Below, one piece after another: positions 48,049 through 55,868 of a stretch of 64,000 bases of DNA. Origin of the DNA: a virus. How positions within the stretch are numbered: position 1 is the stretch's first letter; every line of letters starts with the position of its first letter. The position numbers were made by a program, and so were the translations under genes. The stretch is from positions 1 to 64,000 of IMG/VR virus record IMGVR_UViG_3300026292_000006; one strand, written 5' to 3'. The notes below the pieces were generated by a model. The model had not been told where the DNA came from and searched no databases. It worked only from the letters and a program-made list of their open reading frames with translations.

Positions 48049-48146
48049 TCTTGTAATTTGCTATGAAAATATTTATCACATCTAGGGTCGGTTATTAACA
48101 CCATACCTTGATCTATAACAAATTGGGCAATATCTACTCTTACCAT
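47991..48146 (-). CDS. Small hypothetical protein (MVRVD...GMVLITDPRCDKY)
   Basis: Part of ORF 47991..48227; ATG at 48146 follows a CTAAATA late promoter at 48149-48155. Confidence 0.5.
   Translation of the reverse strand: MVRVDIAQFVIDQGMVLITDPRCDKYFHSKLQECHHTDSDLKNMSPEDSKT
48070..48076 (-). promoter_or_regulatory. T4-type late promoter (ATAAATA) for gp25-gp6-gp7
   Basis: ATAAATA ~22 nt upstream of the gp25 ATG. Confidence 0.6.
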
Positions 48147-48156
48147 TTTATTTAGC

Positions 48157-48306
48157 TCACTTTCCTTGACCTTTGTATGCTTTCTTCTTGCCATTCCTAG
48201 AAGTTGCTGCATATTTGGTGTTTGCACTCCTCCCTTGACGAGTTTTCTTCGGGTTAGGAATCACATATGACCCAGTACCCCATGCTCCAGTTGTTGATTT
48301 TGCCAT
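48157..48306 (-). CDS. Small basic protein, 49 aa (MAKSTTGAWGTGSYVIPNPKKTRQGRSANTKYAATSRNGKKKAYKGQGK)
   Basis: Translated by hand (below the ORF-track cutoff); resembles the KKTRQG...KxY(K/R)GQG protein usually found between PAAR and gp25 in cyanomyoviruses. Confidence 0.75.
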   Translation of the reverse strand: MAKSTTGAWGTGSYVIPNPKKTRQGRSANTKYAATSRNGKKKAYKGQGK

Positions 48307-48321
48307 AATTAAATTAATTTA

Positions 48322-48855
48322 CTAAGATGCTAACACAGTTGGGTGCCCCCAGGCAACCACTGATGAACAAGGGTAACTAAATCCAGGGAATCCCACCCCT
48401 AGTGGATCCAGAATCCTTGCAATTGGTCTCTTGAGTGCAAAAACGGTTATCGTTGTTGCCATCAAAGTCCTTATATGTCCAATACCACCCATGTCTTCTA
48501 TAGTTAGGATAGAACACGGAATGGGTGTGGGAATAGGACACATCGCTTTACCGCACGGACAAATGTATACTACTATATTTGTACACACAGAAATGTGCGG
48601 AATGAACGTATCTCCCATCAAACTGATAGGAATCCCATTCACAAGCACAGTCGCCCGCAATGGGGTGATTGGCATCATGGGAATGAGAGGCATCGGAGGC
48701 CACCAACACGTGAAATTCTTAATAGTAATACTATAAGGTATTGGTGGAGTACCACATGCCTGTACAGAGTGGACAGTAGAAGGCAAGCAGAGTCCATGAC
48801 CACTACAAGGTAGTCCGTTAAGGGATGATACTGGTCGTAGGAAACCGTATGCCAT
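48322..48855 (-). CDS. PAAR-like (gp5.4-like) spike tip protein, Cys-rich
   Basis: CSGHG...TVLVNGIPISLMGD.F.PH...GH...TVFALKRPIARILD...C.S.VA.G.PTV; position before gp25. Confidence 0.7.
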   Translation of the reverse strand: MAYGFLRPVSSLNGLPCSGHGLCLPSTVHSVQACGTPPIPYSITIKNFTCWWPPMPLIPMMPITPLRATVLVNGIPISLMGDTFIPHISVCTNIVVYICPCGKAMCPIPTPIPCSILTIEDMGGIGHIRTLMATTITVFALKRPIARILDPLGVGFPGFSYPCSSVVAWGHPTVLAS

Positions 48856-51800
48856 TACTTAAAGTCCTCATTCAGTGTAGTACCGTCAGTCCAAGAGTCT
48901 TGCTCACTACATTCATCGAAATATGGATTACCATAATTCCGTATAGCTCTATCTAGTGCTTCAATACTACCTGTTAGATTATTCCGCACAGTCATTGTAC
49001 CATTATAGGGTCCCAGTAGCATTCTTGCATTGGTACCACTACCACTAATACGGTTAGGGTTAACCGCAATTGACGCATCCATACATTTGTCTAGTGCAGC
49101 ACATGAATCAAAGAGCTCTGATGTCTGACACCATGTGTTTCCTGCTAGACCGTTTCCGTTACTATCATATCCACAGTACACATCTAACGGTCCGTCTGCT
49201 GCATTCACACCACGTACGTAACTGTCCCAACACTCGTTAGGTGGTATAGTCCCATTAGTGGGTGTAGCAACGGTAATTGCTGTATAGTCCACACTGTGAG
49301 GTGTGCCAGCTGGGTCACCTGCTGTGGGATGTCCCAACCATGTCTGTACCGCAGCACTACTACTGATATTGGTACCCGCCCATATCTGCAATTGCTCTAA
49401 TTCTGTAAACCCTGCACGGTTATAGTCCCAAGTATTCTCATCTAATCCCACAGGTACGAATATAATGTCCGCACTATTGTTAGGGTCACGGTAACATCTT
49501 CCCTTAATAGAGCCTCGCTTGCAATTCCACATGCGTTTACCTGCATTATTTGGTGCGTCTCTGCGTTGCATCATAAAAGGTTTGGGTAAAGTCTTCATAT
49601 AATCCATAAAGTTACCGCCTTGAGATCCAGTAACCTTACCTTCACACTCAATAGACACTCTATATGACGCAAGGTCGTCGTGAGATGCACAGTATTTGTA
49701 AGGTAACCACCCAAATGCCTTCTGCTCACCGTCATCACCCACGTCAAGATACGCACATGGGATGTCAAACCACCTCTGAATGTTGTAAAGTTTGGGTTGA
49801 CCCGACTTAATACACCTATCCTTACCGAAAGGACCGTATAAGTGCGACTGATTCTCAACATATTGGTCAGTCTGCTGTGCAGCTTGCTGTGCGAAAGGCA
49901 TTACTTCCTTCTCAAACTGTGCAATTCCTGGATTTAAAGAGCTCACTACCTCAAATTGCTCCCTACCAGGTAGTGATGATGCGACTTGACCTACACCAGG
50001 ACCTATTTCGATACACCCAGCAGGTAGATTCATACAGTATGAGGTAGTATCATCTATTAATTCTGCTGCACGGATGTAACTATCAGGCACATCTACTGCT
50101 CTACCCGACTTAATAAGCTCAAATGATGAGTCAATATACTGTCTATTGCTTCCTTCCTCTTCCATTCCTTGCACACCACCCTCTATACCACCTCCAATAC
50201 CGTCGGTTAACTCTTTACCTGTGTCACCAAATGCCTGTGGGTCGGGTGCTCCGTCCTCTTTTTGTAGATCCCACTTGATATGCTCAGGTTCAACTACCAT
50301 TATCTTAGGTAAATCTGCCTGTGAATACCCTGCACCACCATCTACTACCCTTACTGCCTTGATTACACCTAGTGCATTCAACTCAGCTATCTCTAGGGTT
50401 GCTTTACGCATCTTCAAACGGTCTTTATTCTTATCCTGAGGGAGTGGAATTGCACCTGTATGGACACCAAAGGTCGATTGGGTGTCTCTAACTTGATCAT
50501 GGACGGTCTGAGAGGACTCTGGTGTCTTAAATGTCTTCTTCCAGTCCTCATCCATAGAGACTGAATCACCCATAAACTTAGCAGTATCGTTAGGAGAGAA
50601 GTCTTCCATCTCTCTAGGGTGGACTATAGAGATTGTAGGTTGGACAAAACCCCTACCACCATTAATAATATTGACCGCAGCGACACTTCCATCGTTATCT
50701 ATGACTGCTTCTAGCTTTGCTTCATCTAATGTCCTAAACGGAATGAGTGCTTTTGGGTTTATTTGGACTTTCCAGTAAGAAACCTTCTTGGGAAATTCAT
50801 ATACACCAGTAAAAGCGACCTTATTTGCTATTCCGTAACCTGCTAACACCTCAATTTCACCACCATCACTACTTGTAAACGCTTGTTGGTAAGTAAAATC
50901 CTGTCCAACCGCACCAAATTGAGTAAATTCCATTACTCCGCACTTCAATTGGTCTCCAAAATAGTAAACTGAGACAATATCCCACCCATTTATCTGGTCT
51001 CCGCTATTCCAATCACCAGTACGGGTAGTATAACGGAAGAAAATACGCTTACTTTCGGTGTCAATAGTGAAAAATGACTCCTTTACACCGACTGAGCTCT
51101 GGTCTGAGATGGTAATACGGGATTTTGTAGTCTCCCATGAGTCTTCACGTATCTCATAGAAGTGAGAATGGTAGGTCCACACTGGAGCACACTGTGGACA
51201 ACCCTCTGGGTCAGTGGTATTAGGGCAACACTTAGCATTACTGATGATATACTGTGAGGAAAATATAGGTCCATTCCACGGATACGACGTATCATACAGA
51301 TAATAGAGGAATTGTGAGTCATAGGAGTCCTCAAAACCGAGGAATCTAGGCACTGCTGCCTTAACAGCACCGCTTAAACCATATGACCACTCGAAAAATG
51401 CATCATTTGATAGTGCTTCTACGTTATCTGGGTTACCCCAACCGTTAACACAGGGTGGTCCTTCAACATTATTACCACTACTGTCACGCATCTGACGATA
51501 CATGAACTCAGACCATCCACCATCAGCTTCATCATAGTCCTGTTGAGCATCATTAGTATAGGCATACCAACCAGACTTATTAATACACTGCCCAGTAGGA
51601 CCTTTCTTACCAATATCAATGACTGTTTTGTTGGGTTGGTCTGGTATATCAGTCTTAAATACCCAAGCAAGGATACCCAGATATGAATATTCCTTGTCTA
51701 AAGCGTTTAGAGGGGCAACTGGTGAGTTGTCAGCGAGGTTTACTTCCTCACTTGGGTCTATACAATAGAAATGATCTGGGTCAGGATGCAAATATTCGTA

Positions 51801-52427
51801 TAAAGGGACTGGTGTTTCGCCTGGACCACAGTATGCTTGAGCATGTGCCTCTGTAGCAAACCCATATCCTAGTAAATTACACTCCTCATACTTGTTTCTA
51901 CCACAACCTGTGCCATTTAATCCAGTAGGAACGTTACTACCAGCACATAGTTGGGTATCATCAGGCCAATAAGAATACCATTGCTTGATAGGTACAGCAT
52001 TCTCTACTGCCTTTTTACTTAACCAAAAGACAGGGGCACCACTTCTAGGCTCTTTATTATATCCACTCGCTGCTTTCTTCCAAGATTCATTCTCGCAACC
52101 CATATCCTGTCTTTGTATCTCAGGAGTATTGGTATACTTGTGGTCGTCCTTAGACCCTCTGTAATGCCTGTATATGGCAGTCCTAGAAGCACCTAGGATA
52201 GTTGGGTCATCATCGCCTAGGTAATGAACTATATCCTTACCCAATGGCATACTTCCTGGACCATGACCCTCGAAAGTAATATTATAGTCTTGTCCAGTAC
52301 CTACCCCAGGGTAGTCTCCATGTGAACGATAGTCTCCGTTAGGTGGACGCTTAAACGTCTGCACAAAGTTACCATTCTCAGTAGGGTTGGGAAAACTTCT
52401 ACCAGTCTCCTGGACGTATGCGGGCAT
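48855..52427 (-). CDS. Large hypothetical (probable virion/baseplate hub-associated) protein
   Basis: 1190 aa; DH.Y and GGRGF/GGAGY structural motifs; coupled to the PAAR gene. Confidence 0.7.
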   Translation of the reverse strand: MPAYVQETGRSFPNPTENGNFVQTFKRPPNGDYRSHGDYPGVGTGQDYNITFEGHGPGSMPLGKDIVHYLGDDDPTILGASRTAIYRHYRGSKDDHKYTNTPEIQRQDMGCENESWKKAASGYNKEPRSGAPVFWLSKKAVENAVPIKQWYSYWPDDTQLCAGSNVPTGLNGTGCGRNKYEECNLLGYGFATEAHAQAYCGPGETPVPLYEYLHPDPDHFYCIDPSEEVNLADNSPVAPLNALDKEYSYLGILAWVFKTDIPDQPNKTVIDIGKKGPTGQCINKSGWYAYTNDAQQDYDEADGGWSEFMYRQMRDSSGNNVEGPPCVNGWGNPDNVEALSNDAFFEWSYGLSGAVKAAVPRFLGFEDSYDSQFLYYLYDTSYPWNGPIFSSQYIISNAKCCPNTTDPEGCPQCAPVWTYHSHFYEIREDSWETTKSRITISDQSSVGVKESFFTIDTESKRIFFRYTTRTGDWNSGDQINGWDIVSVYYFGDQLKCGVMEFTQFGAVGQDFTYQQAFTSSDGGEIEVLAGYGIANKVAFTGVYEFPKKVSYWKVQINPKALIPFRTLDEAKLEAVIDNDGSVAAVNIINGGRGFVQPTISIVHPREMEDFSPNDTAKFMGDSVSMDEDWKKTFKTPESSQTVHDQVRDTQSTFGVHTGAIPLPQDKNKDRLKMRKATLEIAELNALGVIKAVRVVDGGAGYSQADLPKIMVVEPEHIKWDLQKEDGAPDPQAFGDTGKELTDGIGGGIEGGVQGMEEEGSNRQYIDSSFELIKSGRAVDVPDSYIRAAELIDDTTSYCMNLPAGCIEIGPGVGQVASSLPGREQFEVVSSLNPGIAQFEKEVMPFAQQAAQQTDQYVENQSHLYGPFGKDRCIKSGQPKLYNIQRWFDIPCAYLDVGDDGEQKAFGWLPYKYCASHDDLASYRVSIECEGKVTGSQGGNFMDYMKTLPKPFMMQRRDAPNNAGKRMWNCKRGSIKGRCYRDPNNSADIIFVPVGLDENTWDYNRAGFTELEQLQIWAGTNISSSAAVQTWLGHPTAGDPAGTPHSVDYTAITVATPTNGTIPPNECWDSYVRGVNAADGPLDVYCGYDSNGNGLAGNTWCQTSELFDSCAALDKCMDASIAVNPNRISGSGTNARMLLGPYNGTMTVRNNLTGSIEALDRAIRNYGNPYFDECSEQDSWTDGTTLNEDFK

Positions 52428-52715
52428 CTATTGGGACTTCTCTTCTAAGGTATTTAGTCTCTCAAACAGATTATCCAGCAATTGCTTTAGGTTAGAATAT
52501 TGGTCGTCACCTGGAATTTTATACTTAATCATATCAGCACCAGGAGGAGGGATTTTTTGCAACGCCAATTCCAGGAACTCTACTCTCTTAGTAAGAGTCT
52601 TAATTGCTTCTGATTGTTTTTGAAATGCCCAGTTAATGAATTCTGCATCGCTCTCAAACTGAGGTATCTCTGGTTCTATTGTTTCGGTTACGTCACCATG
52701 CACGTATTTTCCCAT
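52428..52715 (-). CDS. Hypothetical coiled-coil protein
   Basis: 95-aa ORF; YKIPG...LDNLFERLN motif; abuts the next gene. Confidence 0.7.
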   Translation of the reverse strand: MGKYVHGDVTETIEPEIPQFESDAEFINWAFQKQSEAIKTLTKRVEFLELALQKIPPPGADMIKYKIPGDDQYSNLKQLLDNLFERLNTLEEKSQ

Positions 52716-52743
52716 AATGCCACTCGCTATTTTTTTCCAGACG

Positions 52744-52812
52744 CTAATTTTTTATAAGACTAATAATGTTAATAATCACTAATAGCGTTAAACAAATCTG
52801 ATTGTATCTCAT
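52744..52812 (-). CDS. Putative 22-aa membrane micropeptide (MRYNQICLTLLVIINIISLIKN)
   Basis: Translated by hand; ATGA overlap with the stop of the upstream gene; single hydrophobic stretch. Confidence 0.45.
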   Translation of the reverse strand: MRYNQICLTLLVIINIISLIKN

Positions 52813-52997
52813 TCATTCACACGGGATAAACAAAGAGACCCATCTGTCTCCTCTGTATATTCTAACACATCACCAACTTCCCAGTCAAACTCTGAAAGTA
52901 ATTCGTCAGGTAATTGTAGATATATCTCACCATATTCATCCTCATGTATTTCTAAGGTGTATCTTTTAGACATAATAGTTACATTTTCTTCACTCAT
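52809..52997 (-). CDS. AbrB/SpoVT/MazE-like small DNA-binding protein
   Basis: YTLEI.ED..GE.YLQLPDELL....WEVGDVLEY...DGSL.L pattern. Confidence 0.6.
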   Translation of the reverse strand: MSEENVTIMSKRYTLEIHEDEYGEIYLQLPDELLSEFDWEVGDVLEYTEETDGSLCLSRVNE

Positions 52998-53002
52998 CTG
53001 CT

Positions 53003-53488
53003 TTATGTAGTGCTCTCACGAATTACACCTACACAAGATGTCTGATATAACATACAAGAAGGATGTGTAAGGTCATCTATTCTACTTTCCTCTTGCCATA
53101 CCTGATGAAGAATAAACTTATTACCAAGATACATTGCACCATGATTGGGTGACCTATCCTTCAGTTTCACTGAGTAACCACCTCCCAATGCCTCGCTGTA
53201 TATCTTATAGAGGAGTAGGTCATTCTTCTGTATAACTGAGAAGTCTAATGGCTCACCCCACTGAGGTTTTGTAATCCATACCCCATTCTCTTCTGCTACC
53301 GCCTCATCCTTGAAAGACGTATACAGTCCTGCGAAACTCTTCAAGTCCCTGTCCAATTCCATCTTGACATACTTCTGTATAACCTCGTAGCACCCTGGAT
53401 AACGTCTACCAGGCCACGGGCGACCTATCAAGTCTTTATACTTTTCTTCTAGGTCTTGTTTTTCTTTCAACCTCTGGGGACTCGACAT
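53003..53488 (-). CDS. NlpC/P60-like (lambda gpK-type) peptidase
   Basis: LIGRPW...GCYEVIQKY...NDLLLY...NHGAMYLGNKFILH matches the Cys-His-His NlpC/P60 pattern. Confidence 0.65.
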   Translation of the reverse strand: MSSPQRLKEKQDLEEKYKDLIGRPWPGRRYPGCYEVIQKYVKMELDRDLKSFAGLYTSFKDEAVAEENGVWITKPQWGEPLDFSVIQKNDLLLYKIYSEALGGGYSVKLKDRSPNHGAMYLGNKFILHQVWQEESRIDDLTHPSCMLYQTSCVGVIRESTT

Positions 53489-53566
53489 ACTGGGGGAATT
53501 TTTTTACTGGGAAATATTTTTCTATCGGCAGGATACTGTTGTAGGTTAACGATAGGGAAGTTATTA

Positions 53567-53596
53567 ATATAGGGACGGAAATAACTGTCCCTATAT
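53567..53596. terminator. Strong hairpin between the early cluster and the structural module
   Basis: ATATAGGGAC-N10-GTCCCTATAT inverted repeat in intergenic DNA. Confidence 0.5.
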
Positions 53597-53626
53597 GTTA
53601 TTAACTGTTATGCTACTATGTATTAA

Positions 53627-53818
53627 TTACTCCACATATTGCACATCATAACATAACCCTTCCGCTATGTAATAATCACATAATTGTTGATACTGTAACA
53701 GGGTATCATTTAACCCCGTATCTATCAACAACTGTGCCATTTCGATTGTATCATTTAGTCCTAGTAATCCTTTATCGTAATTATCAAGAATAGATGCAAT
53801 CTTTCCTGGAATTGTCAT
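53627..53818 (-). CDS. Hypothetical protein
   Basis: 63-aa ORF, coupled to the upstream ORF. Confidence 0.65.
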   Translation of the reverse strand: MTIPGKIASILDNYDKGLLGLNDTIEMAQLLIDTGLNDTLLQYQQLCDYYIAEGLCYDVQYVE

Positions 53819-53991
53819 TAGTTTCCCTCCGTTAATCGTGTTGCATCAAGTAATGCTAACTTCTCAGATTTAAAGGGTCCATACTTACTACAATTAGGGT
53901 AATTATACGACCAAAAGTGTTTCCTACCTCTTTCCCACAGTTTAACATCTACAGGGGGAAATTGTGATTGAATTGTTGTTACTTTAGTCAT
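53818..53991 (-). CDS. Hypothetical protein (FWSY..P...KYGPFKS...A..DA)
   Basis: ORF track 53818..54006; ATG at 53991 preferred. Confidence 0.65.
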   Translation of the reverse strand: MTKVTTIQSQFPPVDVKLWERGRKHFWSYNYPNCSKYGPFKSEKLALLDATRLTEGN

Positions 53992-54061
53992 AGCAATAAA
54001 GGGCAAGAAAGGGCAAAGAATAGGGGGGCGATTAGGGGCATGTAGTTAACACATAGTGTGG

Positions 54062-54163
54062 TTAATCCTCATTGATTGTTTCATCTGTGGTGGTGTAATC
54101 GTCCTCGAATAACATATCATCAACCCAATCAGATTGCAAGGGGTTGTAGTTAGTTTCGTCCAC
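54062..54163 (-). CDS. Small acidic hypothetical protein
   Basis: C-terminal part of ORF 54062..54244; GTG at 54163 reduces overlap. Confidence 0.35.
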   Translation of the reverse strand: MDETNYNPLQSDWVDDMLFEDDYTTTDETINED

Positions 54164-54344
54164 TGTGATTGTCCTCCGTATGTGTTTTAAACTGTGTGCG
54201 GGGTTTGTTATACTTTTCCACAGGACTTGTGGAATCGTTAACATTTTGTTGCTTGTAATTAGACTTCGATTGTTTACGTTTTTCCCTTAAAGATTTCGCT
54301 TTATGTGATGAATAAGGGTCATTACGTTTGTAAGTCCTTCCCAT
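54150..54344 (-). CDS. Small basic (Arg/Lys-rich) hypothetical protein
   Basis: MGRTYKRND...KSLREKRKQSK; preceded by a sigma70 promoter. Confidence 0.7.
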   Translation of the reverse strand: MGRTYKRNDPYSSHKAKSLREKRKQSKSNYKQQNVNDSTSPVEKYNKPRTQFKTHTEDNHSGRN

Positions 54345-54365
54345 TGGAATTGTGCTAACAATGTA

Positions 54366-54394
54366 ATAATAACCGAAAACGATTGCAATGTCAA
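54366..54394 (-). promoter_or_regulatory. sigma70-type promoter
   Basis: TTGACA (54394-54389), 17 nt, TATTAT (54371-54366). Confidence 0.65.
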
Positions 54395-54429
54395 GGTATT
54401 AGTGGGTTTTGACATATTTCGTTAGGTTG

Positions 54430-54458
54430 TTGACAAAAAAATCTCGGTATGTTACGCT
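54430..54458 (+). promoter_or_regulatory. Divergent sigma70-like promoter firing into non-coding AT-rich DNA
   Basis: TTGACA (54430-54435), 17 nt, TGnTACGCT extended -10. Confidence 0.45.
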
Positions 54459-54630
54459 CTTAGATAACACTAACTAGAGTCTATATTACAGTCTTTAAAT
54501 AACACTCTAATACATTTATTTGCATATTTAAAATATACACTATTTTCCACAAGTATGTCCGCTAATTGTGAATTACCTGTGGAAAACTTCATTGAATTGT
54601 TGTTAATTAGTGAATGAATTAGCATTGTTT
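54430..54630. other. Candidate replication origin / DnaA-box cluster
   Basis: Promoter, AT-rich tract (~54470-54545) and inverted TTTTCCACA boxes at 54543-54551 and 54578-54586; further boxes at 54214-54236. Confidence 0.4.
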
Positions 54631-54634
54631 GTTA

Positions 54635-54964
54635 TTACCTCATATACAAATATCCACCTGCCCAATCACATTTAGCGAAGCAATCGTTAGGGTTAGTTAA
54701 TAAGTTATATCTTACATGTTTAGCAGGTTTGTTATAACTTGCTGCTTTATATACATCACCATTCTTTACATCTACAAAGCAATGTACTGAATTATCAAAT
54801 GTTAATTTGTAATACTTTCTTCCCTTGCTTACTTTACATTTAATCTCTCTACTTCCATATGCATTCTTATAACTATCATCTACACAATTTGCAAGAATAT
54901 ATACATTTTCTTCTATAGTCTGTGTGTCATTAATGTTAGAAACGATTGTTGATAATTTGGGCAT
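54635..54964 (-). CDS. Conserved phage early hypothetical protein
   Basis: GRKYYKL...SVHCFVD...GDVYKAAS...PAKHVRYNL...CDWAGGYLY motif widespread in cyanophages. Confidence 0.8.
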   Translation of the reverse strand: MPKLSTIVSNINDTQTIEENVYILANCVDDSYKNAYGSREIKCKVSKGRKYYKLTFDNSVHCFVDVKNGDVYKAASYNKPAKHVRYNLLTNPNDCFAKCDWAGGYLYMR

Positions 54965-55022
54965 AGTTGTTAGTTAATAAAAAAAATAGCGTGGGTAGTT
55001 GTTAATTAAGGGGAGATATTGT

Positions 55023-55145
55023 TTAATCGTTGAGTATACTTAATTTCCTGGATCTTGGGGCATTGTATACACTTTGGGGTTGTAATTTGATTGGATTAGT
55101 GTTAATTACTGTCTGATAGATTCTCAGCAATGTATCACTATTCAT
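55023..55145 (-). CDS. Small hypothetical protein, 40 aa (MNSDTLLRIYQTVI...)
   Basis: Translated by hand; below the ORF-track cutoff. Confidence 0.45.
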   Translation of the reverse strand: MNSDTLLRIYQTVINTNPIKLQPQSVYNAPRSRKLSILND

Positions 55146-55220
55146 TGTATCCTTAGTTGTTAGTGAAAGCATTGAAATTAACCTCGTAATGTGTTATTTA
55201 GTAGTGATACCAGTAGGTAT

Positions 55221-55248
55221 AAAGAAAGAGGGGAGATTATCCCCTCTA
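55221..55248 (-). terminator. Intrinsic terminator
   Basis: AGAGGGGA-TAATC-TCCCCTCT followed by TTCTTT on the minus strand, just after a small ORF stop. Confidence 0.7.
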
Positions 55249-55256
55249 AGTGTCAT

Positions 55257-55367
55257 TTATGATGCTGATAGGTAAGCATCAATTACTGCTAGTAATTCGT
55301 TGCCTGATTGACATTTAGCGAGATCTTCAGATAGAAAACGCAAAGCAACATTCACTGAGTTTGACAT
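55257..55367 (-). CDS. Small hypothetical protein, 36 aa (MSNSVNVALRFLSEDLAKCQSGNELLAVIDAYLSAS)
   Basis: Translated by hand; followed by a terminator. Confidence 0.55.
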   Translation of the reverse strand: MSNSVNVALRFLSEDLAKCQSGNELLAVIDAYLSAS

Positions 55368-55431
55368 AATTAAGGCAACAAATAAAGGACGTTGAATAAC
55401 AGTTTAGCGTCATGTTTAGGACGATTGAGTG

Positions 55432-55752
55432 TTAGTCTAACTCAACATTCATACCTGAGAAAAATGGCATTGTGCCCATTTTGTTTCCACTTAGATACCA
55501 TGTCCAGTCTTTTTGAAACACTCGGCAACCGTAAGAAACCTCGTCTAGCAATGCATTTAGACGTGATTTAGTTGTATTTGATTGCCATCCACCGTCAAAG
55601 ATTTGCACAAATGTGTCACCCACTCTAGCAATTAGATTGCCATGTAAGTATACATTAGCAATGCGATCTTCCCAAGTCACTTGTGTATTTGCTTTCGAGA
55701 AGTTTGTGTTACTTCTGATTGCTGAATTCATTTGTGATTCGATTTTACGCAT
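55432..55752 (-). CDS. Conserved cyanophage hypothetical protein (MRKIESQM...VYLHGNLIA...DGGWQSNTTKSRLNAL...FQKDWTWY)
   Basis: ORF track 55432..55866; true start at ATG 55752 because the upstream part is promoter sequence. Confidence 0.8.
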   Translation of the reverse strand: MRKIESQMNSAIRSNTNFSKANTQVTWEDRIANVYLHGNLIARVGDTFVQIFDGGWQSNTTKSRLNALLDEVSYGCRVFQKDWTWYLSGNKMGTMPFFSGMNVELD

Positions 55753-55809
55753 GTTTGAAAAGAGTTGTTTGTAAGAATGAAAATCGGTTGGTTTCCCTCC
55801 GATGTCTTT

Positions 55810-55868
55810 ATTATAGTGCATTTCCGTGTCCTGTGCGGGAATAGTGGACACTTTGCGGACTAGCACAC
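55810..55868 (-). promoter_or_regulatory. Early promoter cassette copy 1 (dyad + TATAAT)
   Basis: GTGTGCTAGT-CCGCA-AAGTGTCCAC followed by TATAAT (55815-55810). Confidence 0.65.

Noticed and set aside
264-52623. Numerous 60-145 aa plus-strand and alternative-frame ORFs in the ORF track
   Set aside because: They are shadows of long minus-strand structural genes with biased codon usage; no starts, motifs or promoters support them.
55753-55866. N-terminal extension of ORF 55432..55866
   Set aside because: The extension spans the promoter cassette and leader hairpin; the real start is the ATG at 55752.
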